This document shows, piece by piece, positions 38,365 through 47,810 of a stretch of DNA of 64,000 bases. The position numbers and the translations under genes are program-made. This stretch comes from Holophagales bacterium (GTDB lineage Bacteria > Acidobacteriota > Thermoanaerobaculia > UBA5066), in assembly GCA_016714815.1 (NCBI GenBank), contig JADKBZ010000014.1, positions 83,320 through 147,319 on the forward strand. The letters run 5' to 3'. The notes under the pieces are model-generated. The model did not search any database and was not told where the DNA came from. It saw only the letters and a program-made list of their open reading frames with translations. Numbering within the stretch: position 1 is the stretch's first letter; every line of letters starts with the position of its first letter.

Positions 38365-39213
38365 TTGCCGCCCTCCCCGGGCGGCGGGCAGAATGACCGG
38401 GTGAGCCCGTCCGCACCCTCCCCCGTGATCCGGACACCCGTCTCGATCCAGCTTCCGGAAGGGCGGCTGAAGGCCGTCCGGCTGGTCCCAGGGGAGCCCG
38501 TTCCCGGTCTCTCCCCTGTCGTCTACCTCCACGACGCGCTCGGCTCCGTCTCCCTCTGGCGCGACCTTCCCGACCGGCTTTGCGGGGCGCTGGGGCGCGA
38601 GGGCCTCGCTTTCGACCGGCTCGGGCACGGCCGATCGGCCCCCCTTCCCGGGCTCCAGGACCATCGGTTTCTCGAGGTCGAGGCGACGGAGCGCCTTCCC
38701 GAGATCCTCCGGCAGGCGGGAATCGAGCGCCCTGTCTTCTTCGGGCACAGCGACGGCGCGACCATCGCCCTCCTCTTCGCGGCCGCCTTCCCGGCAGTCC
38801 CGTCGGCCGTGGTCTCGATCGCCGCCCACGTCTTCATCGAGGACGTGACGCTCGCCGGGATCGCGGAGACGGCCTCGGTCTGGCGAACGACCGACCTGCC
38901 GGCCCGGCTCGGACGGCACCACGGAGACAAGACGGAAGCCGTCTTCCGGGCCTGGAGCGAGACCTGGCGCGACCCCCGCTTCCGCGACTTCTCCGCGGTC
39001 CCGGCCCTTCCATCGATTCGCTGCCCGGTCCTCGTGATCCAGGGGGAGAAGGACGAGTACGGGACGGCCGCCCAGGTGGAGGCGATCGCCGGGGCGGTTT
39101 CGGGGCCGGTCCGGACTCTCGTCCTGCCAGGGCTGGGGCACTTCCCGCACCGGGAGGATCCCGACAGAATCCTCTCGGAGACGGAGGAGTTCCTTTCGGA
39201 CTTCGGGGTCTGA
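38365..39213 (+). CDS. Alpha/beta-hydrolase fold protein
   Basis: ...PVVYLHDALGSVSLWRDL...VFFGHSDGATIALLF (GxSxG nucleophile elbow)...GEKDEYG...GLGHFPHRED (catalytic His). Confidence 0.65.
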   Translation: MPPSPGGGQNDRVSPSAPSPVIRTPVSIQLPEGRLKAVRLVPGEPVPGLSPVVYLHDALGSVSLWRDLPDRLCGALGREGLAFDRLGHGRSAPLPGLQDHRFLEVEATERLPEILRQAGIERPVFFGHSDGATIALLFAAAFPAVPSAVVSIAAHVFIEDVTLAGIAETASVWRTTDLPARLGRHHGDKTEAVFRAWSETWRDPRFRDFSAVPALPSIRCPVLVIQGEKDEYGTAAQVEAIAGAVSGPVRTLVLPGLGHFPHREDPDRILSETEEFLSDFGV

Positions 39214-39250
39214 GCCCGGGGCAGGGCGCGGGCTTTCCGGGGCCCGAGCG

Positions 39251-40450
39251 CTACGCCTTCGACAGCGCCTGCTCGAGGTCGTCGCAGAGGTCGGCGGCGT
39301 CCTCGCAGCCGACGGCGATCCTCACCAGGTCGTCCGAGATCTCCGCCTTCTCTCGCTCGGCCTTCGGGACGCTCGCGTGCGTCATCGAGGCCGGATGCTC
39401 GATGAGCGTCTCGAGCCCTCCGAGGCTGACCGCGAGAGTCGCGAGCTTCACGGAGTTGATGAGCGTCCGCCCCGCGTCGTGCCCCCCCTTCACGCCGAAG
39501 GAAACGATCGCCCCGCCTCCCGACATCTGCCGGAGGGCGAGCTCGTGCTGCGGGTGGCTCGGCAGGAACGGGTAGCGGACCCACGCGACCTTCGGGTGCG
39601 CCTCGAGGAACCGCGCCACCTCGAGGGCGTTCGCCTGGGCCTTCTCCATCCGGAGCCCGAGCGTCTTGACGCCGCGGAAGACGAGCCACGCCTGGTGCGG
39701 GTCCATCGTCGGGCCGACGTTGACGTGGACTTTCCGCAGGCGCGCGAAGAGCGCCGGGTCCTTCGCGACGACGACCCCCGCCACGACGTCCGAGTGGCCG
39801 TTGATGAACTTCGTCATGCTGTGGACGACGATGTCGGCGCCGAGGGCGAACGGCTGCTGCAGGAGGGGCGAGGCGAAGGTGTTGTCGACCGCGAGGAGGG
39901 CGCCGTGCCGGTGCGCGATTTCCGCGATGGCGACGATGTCGCACAGCTTGAGCGTCGGGTTCGCGGGCGATTCGACGAAGACGAGCTTCGTCTCCGGGCG
40001 CATCGCCTTCTCGACGTTCGCCACGTCGGAGGTGTCGACGAAGCTCGCCGTCACGCCGAAACGCGAGTACTCGTTCTCGAGGATCATCCGGCTCGCGCCG
40101 TAGAGGGCGTCCGTGCCGACGACGTGAGCCCCCGCGCCGAGGAGGGCGAAGTAGACGGTGTGAATGGCCGCCATCCCCGTCGACGCGGCGAGGGCGCCGC
40201 AGCCCCCTTCCAGCTCCGCGACGCACTCCTCGAGGGCCGCGACGGTCGGGTTCCCCAGGCGGGTGTACTTGTACCCGGGGTCGGTGCCGCCGAACCGGGC
40301 GGCGCCCTCGTCGGCGTCCTTGAAGGCGAAGGTCGAGGTCTGGTAGATCGGCGTCGCCACGGCGCCGGTGAGGGGGCATGAGCGCTGTCCGGCGTGGATG
40401 ATGCGGCTGGCGGGGCGCAGGTTCTTGACGTCGGACATGATGCGAGGCAC
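39251..40450 (-). CDS. PLP-dependent Cys/Met metabolism enzyme (methionine gamma-lyase / cystathionine gamma-synthase / beta-lyase family)
   Basis: ...TPIYQTSTFAF...YTRLGNPTVAALE...VVHSMTKFINGHSDVVAGVV (the PLP-lysine TKF/Y motif)... Full-length, ~395 aa. Confidence 0.75.
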   Translation of the reverse strand: MPRIMSDVKNLRPASRIIHAGQRSCPLTGAVATPIYQTSTFAFKDADEGAARFGGTDPGYKYTRLGNPTVAALEECVAELEGGCGALAASTGMAAIHTVYFALLGAGAHVVGTDALYGASRMILENEYSRFGVTASFVDTSDVANVEKAMRPETKLVFVESPANPTLKLCDIVAIAEIAHRHGALLAVDNTFASPLLQQPFALGADIVVHSMTKFINGHSDVVAGVVVAKDPALFARLRKVHVNVGPTMDPHQAWLVFRGVKTLGLRMEKAQANALEVARFLEAHPKVAWVRYPFLPSHPQHELALRQMSGGGAIVSFGVKGGHDAGRTLINSVKLATLAVSLGGLETLIEHPASMTHASVPKAEREKAEISDDLVRIAVGCEDAADLCDDLEQALSKA

Positions 40451-40615
40451 CTCTTGCGGGAAGGGCGGCGGCGCGGATTCCGCGCCGTCCGGCCGGGCAT
40501 CCTAGCACCCGGCCGGAAACCTCCCCTGCCTTGACTTCGATCCCTCCCCCGCCTACAAGAGGCGGTGGATTCCCGGCGGAACGCCTCGCGTCCGCCGGGC
40601 CCGTGGGAGCGGTGG

Positions 40616-41556
40616 ATGCGCGTCGTGGAGAACGTGGTCGAGCTGATCGGGCGGACCCCGATGATCCGGCTCGGAGCCCTGAAAGAAGCCGATGAGGCGG
40701 ACGTCTTCGCCAAGCTCGAATATCTCAATCCCGGCATGAGCGTGAAGGACCGGACGGCCGTGGGGCTCATCCGTGCCGCCGAGGCGAGCGGAGCGCTGAA
40801 ACCCGGGGGACGATCCTCGAGGCGACGGCGGGAAACACCGGCGTCGGTCTCGCCCTCGTCGGCGTCTCGCGCGGCTATCGCGTCGTCATCGTCATGGTCG
40901 AGGGGTACGCTCGCGAGAAGATGATCCTGATCCGCGGGCTCGGCGGCGAGGTCGTCCTCGTCCCGCACGAGGCAGGGATCCAGGGAGCGGTGGCGAAGGT
41001 CGCCGAGTTGGTGGCTTCGACCCCCGGCGCGGTCCCGATGCGGCAGTTCGAGAGCCCGGCAAACGCGCTCGTCCACTACGAGACGACCGGGCCCGAGATC
41101 TGGGAGCAGCTCGAGGGACGGGTCGACGGCATCGCCCTCGGCATCGGCACGGGCGGGACGTTCTCCGGCGTCGCGCGCTTCCTGAAGGAGAAGGACCCGG
41201 CGGTCGCCTGCTGGGGCGTCGAGCCTCCCGACTCGATCTACGGGGGGACGGGCGGCCACGGCGAGCACATGGTCGAGGGGATCGGAAACAAGTGGTTCCC
41301 GGCGACGTTCGACCGATCGCTGGCGGACGGGGTCTTCACGATTCCGCACTCCGAGAGCTTCGCGATGGTCGACCGCCTCGGGACGATGGGCCTCCCGGCC
41401 GCCTCCTCGTCCGGCGCGAACGTCTGCGGCGCCCGACGCCTCGCGCGGATGCTCGGCGAGGGGAAGCGGGTCGCCACGCTCCTCTGCGACCCTTCCGAGC
41501 GCTACTTCTCGAAATACGTCTACGACGGGCTCTACGAAGGCCGCCGCATTCCCTGA
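40616..41556 (+). pseudogene. cysK: Cysteine synthase A (O-acetylserine sulfhydrylase) with a -1 frameshift inside a G5 homopolymer at 40805-40809. Almost certainly a sequencing or assembly indel
   Basis: Frame 2: MRVVENVVELIGRTPMIRLGALKEADEADVFAKLEYLNPGMSVKDRTAVGLIRAAEASGALKPGG (PLP-Lys in SVKDR). It continues in frame 1: (T)ILEATAGNTGVGLALVGVSRGYRVVIVM...GIGTGGTFSGVARFLKE... Restoring one G gives ALKPGGTILEATAGNTG, the canonical CysK sequence. Confidence 0.8.
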
Positions 41557-41575
41557 GGGCGGCCGGGAGGACACC

Positions 41576-42928
41576 TTGGACTATCCGATGAGGGAATTCG
41601 CGGCGGGCGGCGGCGTTCTGATCGCCGTCGTCGCGATCCTGCATGTCGTCGTCTCCCACTTCGCCGTCGGAGGGGGGCTCGTCATGGCCGTCCTCGAGGG
41701 GGCGGCCGTCAAGAGGAACGACCGGCCGCTTCGCGACCTCGTGAAGCGGTCGTCGACGATCCTCCTCCTCCTCTCGACCGTCTTCGGCGCGATTTCGGGA
41801 GTCGGCATCTGGTTCACGATCGGCGTCGTCCACCCCGCCGCCACCTCGTCGCTCATCCACACGTTCGTGTGGGCGTGGGCCACGGAGTGGGCGTTCTTCC
41901 TCCTCGAGGTCGTCACGGCCCTCGCCTGGGTCGCGACCTGGGAGAAGGTCTCCCCCCGGACGCACCTCCTGTTGATCCGGCTCTACGCCTTCGCCGCCTT
42001 CATGTCGCTCGTCGTCATCCAGGGAATCCTCGGGTTCATGCTGACGCCGGGGCGCTTCCCGAAGACGCTCTCCGTCCAGGACGGATTCCTGAACCCGACG
42101 TACCTCCCCGGCATCCTCTTCCGCACCGGCGTCTGCATCCTCCTCGGAGCGGCGTGGATGGCCTTCGCCGCCCTCCTCGAGCCCGACCGCGAGGCCCGAG
42201 CGCGCCTCTCGCGGATCCTCGCCTCCGCCGGGGCCCTCGGGCTCGGGATCGCGGGGATCGGCTGGTTCGTCTGGGAGCGGGCGCTCCCGGCATCGGTCCA
42301 GCGCCTCTTCCTCGGCGAGAAGCCGCTCCTTGCGACCCTCGCGACGGGCCGGGCTCACACGCTCCGGATGCTCGTCGCCGCCGCGCTCCTCGTCCTTCTC
42401 GTCCTCCTGCTGCCGAAGCTGCAGTCCTGGCCCGTGGCGATCCTCGCCCTCCTGGCCGGCGCCGGAATCCTCGCCGGGTACGAGCGGGTCCGGGAGGGAG
42501 TCCGCAAGCCCTTCGTCATCGCGGAGCAGATGTTCTCCAACGGGGTCCTCGTCTCCGAGATCGACTCCCTGAACGAGAAAGGTGTCCTCTCGAAGGCCGT
42601 CTGGGCGACGAAGGAGGCGGGCGGCCGCACCGTGCCCCGGGGAGAGGCCGTCTTCCGCGCCGAGTGCTCCTCCTGCCACACGCGGGACGGCTACCTCGGG
42701 ATCCGCCGCCTCGCGTCGGCCATGGACGCCGATCTGGCCGAGATGTTCCTGACGGCGATGCGGGAGGACGGAGAGGCCTGGAAAGCCCGCGCCGCCGGAA
42801 AGGACGCGAAGCCCGGCTACCCCTTCATGCCCCCCTTCGTCGGGACCGACGAGGAGCTGAAGGCGCTGGCCCTCTGGCTCGCCTCCCTGAACGCGCCGGC
42901 CGTGGCGGAGGGGACCCATGCCCGCTGA
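41576..42928 (+). CDS. Polytopic membrane protein with a C-terminal mono-heme cytochrome c domain (CSSCH). The N-terminal helix resembles cytochrome bd subunit I helix 1
   Basis: ~9 hydrophobic helices. N-terminal VVAILHVVVSHFAVGGGLVMAVLE resembles CydA helix 1 (..yHFlFvpLtlGlsfllaimE). The C-terminus ...GEAVFRAECSSCHTRDGYLGIRRLASAMDADLAEMFLTAM has a CxxCH heme-binding site plus a downstream Met. Confidence 0.5.
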   Translation: MDYPMREFAAGGGVLIAVVAILHVVVSHFAVGGGLVMAVLEGAAVKRNDRPLRDLVKRSSTILLLLSTVFGAISGVGIWFTIGVVHPAATSSLIHTFVWAWATEWAFFLLEVVTALAWVATWEKVSPRTHLLLIRLYAFAAFMSLVVIQGILGFMLTPGRFPKTLSVQDGFLNPTYLPGILFRTGVCILLGAAWMAFAALLEPDREARARLSRILASAGALGLGIAGIGWFVWERALPASVQRLFLGEKPLLATLATGRAHTLRMLVAAALLVLLVLLLPKLQSWPVAILALLAGAGILAGYERVREGVRKPFVIAEQMFSNGVLVSEIDSLNEKGVLSKAVWATKEAGGRTVPRGEAVFRAECSSCHTRDGYLGIRRLASAMDADLAEMFLTAMREDGEAWKARAAGKDAKPGYPFMPPFVGTDEELKALALWLASLNAPAVAEGTHAR

Positions 42929-44027
42929 GACGCTCCTCCCGGCCCTCGACCCGATGCCGATCCCGGGGCCGCCGTGGCTCTTCCACCTCCTCTGGGTCGT
43001 GACGTTCGCGGTCCACGTCGTCTGCGTGAACCTCGTCCTCGGCTCCTCGATCCTCGGCACGGTCGCTTCGCTCGACCGCGACCGCGTCTTCGGCCGCGGC
43101 GTCGCCCGGTTCTTCGCCGAGTTGAACACCTGGGCGATCTCGCTCGCGATCACCTTCGGCATCGCGCCGCTCCTCTTCCTCCAGGTTCTGCAGGGGCGTT
43201 TCTTCTATTCGGCGACCGTCATCCTCGCCCCCGCCTGGCTCGGCCTCCTCGTCCTCCTGATGGCGGCCTACTACCTCACCTACGCCGCAAAGTACCGGCT
43301 GCGCGCCGGGAAGGGCGCCGCCCTTCCCTTCGGCCTCTCGGCGCTCCTCTTCCTCGCCGTCACGGCGATCCAGGCCGTCGTCCACCTCCTGTCCGTCCAG
43401 CCCGACCGCTGGGAAGCGGCCCTGGCCAGCCCGTGGTCCGCCCTCGCCGACCGGGCCTTCCTCCCCCGCTTCCTCCACTTCGTCCTGGCGGGTGTGACGC
43501 TCTCGGGGATCGTCCTCGCCTGGGTCGCGGTCCGGCGCGTCCCCGCCGAGGAGGCTCGGCCCGCGGCCTCGGCCCGGGCCCTCTTCGGCGTGAAGATCGC
43601 CCTCCTGGCCACGGTCCTGCAGCTCGTCGACGGCCTCTGGCTCACGATCTCCGTCCCGCGCGAAGTCCTCCTCGGGCTGATGCGGGGCGGGGCTGCAACG
43701 ATGGTCCCGTTCACTCTCGCCATCGGCGCCGGCTTCGGTCTTCTGGTCTTTCTCGCGCGCGTGAGGGACCCGATCGCCGACCGGACCTCGGTGCGGCACG
43801 CCCTCGAGCTCTTCGGCCTCGCGATGGTCCTGATGCTCGTGACGCGCCACCAGCTTCGCGGCCTCTACCTCGCCGCCGCCGGGGCCCGGGACACACCCGC
43901 GACGACGGACCAGTGGGGCGTTTTCGCCATCTTCCTCGTCGCCTTCGTCCTCTGCCTCGTCCTCGGGATCGTCGCTCTCGTCCGGAGCGCGAGAGACCGC
44001 CCGGGGCCCGGACGAGCCACGGCATGA
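42918..44027 (+). CDS. Polytopic membrane protein of unknown function, translationally coupled to the cytochrome gene
   Basis: 369 aa, ~9-10 hydrophobic helices. Start ATG overlaps the upstream stop (ATGCCCGCTGA). The stop overlaps the downstream patatin start (ATGA). Confidence 0.45.
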   Translation: MPAETLLPALDPMPIPGPPWLFHLLWVVTFAVHVVCVNLVLGSSILGTVASLDRDRVFGRGVARFFAELNTWAISLAITFGIAPLLFLQVLQGRFFYSATVILAPAWLGLLVLLMAAYYLTYAAKYRLRAGKGAALPFGLSALLFLAVTAIQAVVHLLSVQPDRWEAALASPWSALADRAFLPRFLHFVLAGVTLSGIVLAWVAVRRVPAEEARPAASARALFGVKIALLATVLQLVDGLWLTISVPREVLLGLMRGGAATMVPFTLAIGAGFGLLVFLARVRDPIADRTSVRHALELFGLAMVLMLVTRHQLRGLYLAAAGARDTPATTDQWGVFAIFLVAFVLCLVLGIVALVRSARDRPGPGRATA

Positions 44028-44959
44028 ACGTCCCCAGCCGCCTCGCGGCGGCCCTCGCCGCCGCGCTCTTCGTCGCCACCTGCGCCCCCGTCCCGCAACC
44101 CGCGCCGCAGCCCGCGCCGACGCCGACGCCGGCCCCCGTGGCCGCGCCGACGCGCGAGGTCCCGCCAAAGATCGGCCTCGCCCTCGGCGGCGGCGGGGCC
44201 CGCGGCTTCGCGGAGATCGGCGTCCTTCGCGTCCTGGAGCAGGAGAAGATCCTGATCTCCTTCGTCGCCGGCACCTCCGTCGGAAGCCTCATCGGGGCCC
44301 TCTACGCCGACACGGGCCGCGTCCTGGACGCCGAGTTCCACGCGGTGACCGTCACGGAGGAAGACCTCTTCGACTACCGGGCCTTCGCCGTCTTCTCGGG
44401 CGGCTTCGTCAAGGGGGAGCGCCTTCGGCAGTTCCTGGCCACGAACCTGAAGAGCAAGACGATCGAGCAGATGAAGATCCCGTACGCAGCCGTCGCCGTC
44501 GACGTTGCCTCGGGGCGCGCCGTCTCCTTCCAGCGCGGCCCCGTCGGCCCCGCCGTGCACGCGTCGTGCGCCATCCCGGGGGTCTTCGTTCCGGTCCAGA
44601 TCGGAGGGCGGACCTACGTCGACGGCGGCGTCGTGAACCCAATCCCCGCCGATGTGGCCCGCTCGATGGGGGCCGAGGTCGTGATCGCCGTGTCGATCCC
44701 GCCGCAGGCGCGCGCCGACGTCCCGACGAACCCGGTGGCCGTCGCCTACCAGTCTGTGACGATCATGTCTGCGGAGATCGGCCGGCTGCGCGCCCGCGAC
44801 GCCGACGTCGTCGTCACCCCCGACGCCGGAGACGTCGCCTACGACGACTTCACCCAGAAGAAACGGCTCATCACCGCCGGGGAGGACGCGGCCCGCAAGG
44901 CGCTTCCGCAGATCCGGGCGGCGATCGCCGCCCGGACCCGGCGCGTGCCCGTCTCCTGA
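44024..44959 (+). CDS. Patatin-like phospholipase lipoprotein (RssA-like)
   Basis: Signal peptide plus lipobox-like LFVATCAP. Pro/Ala linker. IGLALGGGGARGFAEIGVL (GGGxRG oxyanion), FVAGTSVGSLIGALYA (GxSxG), YVDGGVVNPIP (DGG catalytic Asp). Confidence 0.7.
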   Translation: MNVPSRLAAALAAALFVATCAPVPQPAPQPAPTPTPAPVAAPTREVPPKIGLALGGGGARGFAEIGVLRVLEQEKILISFVAGTSVGSLIGALYADTGRVLDAEFHAVTVTEEDLFDYRAFAVFSGGFVKGERLRQFLATNLKSKTIEQMKIPYAAVAVDVASGRAVSFQRGPVGPAVHASCAIPGVFVPVQIGGRTYVDGGVVNPIPADVARSMGAEVVIAVSIPPQARADVPTNPVAVAYQSVTIMSAEIGRLRARDADVVVTPDAGDVAYDDFTQKKRLITAGEDAARKALPQIRAAIAARTRRVPVS

Positions 44960-44994
44960 CGCTTTCCTTCGCCGGAAGGACTACGATCCGGGCC

Positions 44995-45858
44995 GTGCTC
45001 GGCGGCCCTCCCCTCCCGACGCTCCGCGACCTCTGGACTCCGGAGGACGAGGAGGATGTCCGCCTCTTTCTCGACGCCCTCTCCCGGGGCGATCTCCTCG
45101 CCGCCCTCTCGGCGATCGAGGGAGCCCCGGCCGCGGACCGGCTGGAGGACGAAGCGCAGGTGACGGCCTGGGCCGCGGTGGCCGCCCGCCGTCTGCCCCT
45201 CCTGCCGTCGCGCGGGCCGTTCGCGCTCTCCCGCCTCCTCAGGGGCCTCCTCGTCGACGATCTCGGCTTTCGCGGAGACGTCGACGACTACTCGGCCACG
45301 CGAAACTGCTGCCTTCACCAGGTCCTGGCGCGACGGAAGGGGATGCCGATCCTCCTCTGCTGCGTCTGGGTCGAGGTCGGAAGGCGGGCCGGAGTCCCGG
45401 TGGACGGCATCGGCATGCCGGGGCATTTCCTCGTCCGCGTCGGCGGCACCGTCGGCGTCCACGTCGACCCGTTCGCGGGGGGCCAGGAGCTCTCCCGCGA
45501 GGGGTGCCGCGCCCTCCACGACCGGATCGCGGGGCCGAAGGCGCGCTGGAGCGACGACTACCTCGGCGTCAGCACGACGGACCAGGTCCTCGAGAGGGTC
45601 CTCAACAACCTCGCCGCCTCGACGCGCGAGGAGCGCGACGCGGCCGGAAGCTACCGGGTTGCGACGTTCCTGGCGGCGCTTCGCCCCCTCTCCCCCGAGA
45701 GGACGCTCCAGAAGGCGATGACGGCCGCGGCGATCGGCGTGACCGAGGAGGCCGCAATGGCTTTCGCCGAGGTGATCGAGCGTTTCCCCGATTCGCCCGA
45801 GGCGGAACGGGCCTCCCAGGGGCTCGACTCTCTCGCGGCCGGGCTGACCGTCAACTGA
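44995..45858 (+). CDS. Transglutaminase-like / TPR family protein (SirB1/YchA, UPF0162-like)
   Basis: ...NCCLHQVLARRKGMPILLCCVWVEVGRRAGVPVDGIGMPGHFLVRV matches the transglutaminase-like core (the Cys..His region) of the YchA/SirB1 family, followed by a helical TPR-like C-terminus. The start is uncertain (GTG at ~44995). Confidence 0.5.
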   Translation: MLGGPPLPTLRDLWTPEDEEDVRLFLDALSRGDLLAALSAIEGAPAADRLEDEAQVTAWAAVAARRLPLLPSRGPFALSRLLRGLLVDDLGFRGDVDDYSATRNCCLHQVLARRKGMPILLCCVWVEVGRRAGVPVDGIGMPGHFLVRVGGTVGVHVDPFAGGQELSREGCRALHDRIAGPKARWSDDYLGVSTTDQVLERVLNNLAASTREERDAAGSYRVATFLAALRPLSPERTLQKAMTAAAIGVTEEAAMAFAEVIERFPDSPEAERASQGLDSLAAGLTVN

Positions 45859-47002
45859 CCGCGCGTTCCGGTGCCCGCCCGCGCCGGACCTCGACGGCCT
45901 CGTCGAAGACCGCGAGCGTTCTTCTCGCGGTCTCCGCCCACCGGAACCGTCCGGCACGCACCCGTCCCTCGCGCGTCATCCTGTCGCGAAGCGCCGCGTC
46001 GTCGAGGATCAGCGAGAGCCGTTCCGCCAGCGCCTCCGCGTCGTGCCACGGAAAGTAGAGGCCGGCCTCGCCGACGACCTCGGGGAGCGAGCTGGCGTCG
46101 GCGCAGACGACGCGCCCCCCGGCCCACATCGCCTCGGCGGCCGGGAGGCCGAAGCCCTCGTAGCGCGACGGGAAGACGAGGGCCGTCGCGTCCCGATAGA
46201 GGGTCGCGAGGTCCGAGTCCTCCACGTACCCGGCGTACCGGATGAACGGGAGCCTCGCGCCGGGGTCCCTCGGGCCGCACTCGACGAGCGGCACCGGCCC
46301 GCGCCGCCGGTTCAGGAGCTCCATCGCCCGGTGAAGCGTCGCGAGGTTCTTTCTCGGGTCGCGCGCGCCGACGGCCAGGAAGAACGGCCCGTCGATGCCG
46401 AGCTTCTCGAGGACCGCACTGCGGCCGGCGGAGGGCGCCGGAAGGTCGTTCGCCCCGAGAAGGGTCACGCGGATTCGGGCCGGGTCGGCGTGGAGGAGAC
46501 GCTCGATCTCCCGCGCCGAGAACTCCGAGATCGTGATCACGAGGTCGGCCAGGCGGATCGCGCGCAAGTACCGCAGCCGAAACCTGGTCCGTTTCACGAC
46601 CTTCCACCACCTGTGATCGAGCTGGAGCATGGAGGCGACGTCGTTGAGGGAGACGACGATCGCAGCCCGCCGCGCGACGGGCTCGACCTTGTTCCACGCG
46701 TACCAGACGACGTCCGCCGACGTCCGCGACAACCGGGACGCGGGCTCGATCGCCGTCCGTCCGGAAAGCGCCGGGTCGACGCCCGCGAGCTGCTCCCGCA
46801 TCGCGCCGGTGTCGCGCCCGCTCCTCACGTAGAGCGTGAATCTCACGTCCGGCCGGAGTTCGGGTATCAGCCGGAGGACGTTGCGGACGTAGCGGCCGAT
46901 CCCCCGATGGTCCCTGAGGAGATGGGTGGCCTCGACGGCGATGTGCCGAACAGGCGTCGACGCCACAGAGGAGAGCTCGCCCGCCCGCGACGTCGATTGC
47001 AC
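45851..47002 (-). CDS. Glycosyltransferase family 1 (GT4-like, retaining GT-B)
   Basis: ...LVFPSRYEGFGLPAAEAMWAGGRVVCADASSLPEVVGEAGLYF is the EX7E motif region of GT4 enzymes. The start is probably internal (GTG near 46950). Confidence 0.7.
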   Translation of the reverse strand: MQSTSRAGELSSVASTPVRHIAVEATHLLRDHRGIGRYVRNVLRLIPELRPDVRFTLYVRSGRDTGAMREQLAGVDPALSGRTAIEPASRLSRTSADVVWYAWNKVEPVARRAAIVVSLNDVASMLQLDHRWWKVVKRTRFRLRYLRAIRLADLVITISEFSAREIERLLHADPARIRVTLLGANDLPAPSAGRSAVLEKLGIDGPFFLAVGARDPRKNLATLHRAMELLNRRRGPVPLVECGPRDPGARLPFIRYAGYVEDSDLATLYRDATALVFPSRYEGFGLPAAEAMWAGGRVVCADASSLPEVVGEAGLYFPWHDAEALAERLSLILDDAALRDRMTREGRVRAGRFRWAETARRTLAVFDEAVEVRRGRAPERAVS

Positions 47003-47045
47003 CGATCGAGTATAGGTCCCGCCCGGTTTGCCGAATCCTGACCAG

Positions 47046-47810
47046 TCAGCGGCCGGGAGCTCCCGCCGTGACCGGCGGAGCGAAGAGGGCGTCGTCGAGG
47101 ACCGCCTTCTCCGCGTCGAGGTATTCGACGAGGGTCGTCCCGGGTCGGAGCGCGTCGACGATCGTCATCCGCGTCACCGTCGGCGCCCCGCGAAGCGAAC
47201 CCCATTCGTCGAAGGTCGCCTCGCGCGCCGTCTTGCCCGACGGAAGGAGGAAGACGATCTTCCGCGTCCTCCCCTCCTCGCGGTCGACCCAGACGCGCAG
47301 GACCGGGAAGGCCGGGTCCCTCCCTTTCTTTCCGGTGAGGCGGAGAACGTCGCAGAGCCTTCCTCCGAACGTGTCGCTGCGCTCGACGACGGCATCGTAG
47401 TCATCGACGAAGCGGGTCCGCGCGACGTCCGCCACGGCGAAGCCCCCGGTCACCCTGTGGCTGCGCGGCACCTTGATCGGGTTCTTCGTCCCCGGGAGGA
47501 TGAGCCAGGCGTTCTTTCCGTTCACGAGGAGGAGCTTGCCGCGATCCTCCGGGGCGGCGAACTCGATCCGGAGCTTTTCCGGGCCTTTCACGAGGACGGT
47601 GAACTCCCCCGCGAAGGCGGAGGCGCCCGTTCGCGAGGTCGTCACGCGGAGCCTCATCCGCGCCTCCGAGAGCGCGCTCCTCGGCCCGTCCGCCCTCGCG
47701 AGGATGGCGGCGGCGGCGCCGGCGTCCCCGCGCGCGGGGGGCGCGAGGAGGAGCAGCGCGAAGACCGGGGCCAAGCCCGGCCGCTGGAGCGCGGGCCGCC
47801 GCTCAGACAT
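47046..47810 (-). CDS. Outer-membrane lipoprotein-sorting (LolA-like) periplasmic protein, last gene of the ABC operon
   Basis: Signal peptide MSERRPALQRPGLAPVFALLLLAPPARG. ~250-aa beta-rich protein. Its position after the MacB/LolC-type permease and the 4-nt overlaps are typical for LolA-like carrier genes. Confidence 0.5.
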   Translation of the reverse strand: MSERRPALQRPGLAPVFALLLLAPPARGDAGAAAAILARADGPRSALSEARMRLRVTTSRTGASAFAGEFTVLVKGPEKLRIEFAAPEDRGKLLLVNGKNAWLILPGTKNPIKVPRSHRVTGGFAVADVARTRFVDDYDAVVERSDTFGGRLCDVLRLTGKKGRDPAFPVLRVWVDREEGRTRKIVFLLPSGKTAREATFDEWGSLRGAPTVTRMTIVDALRPGTTLVEYLDAEKAVLDDALFAPPVTAGAPGR

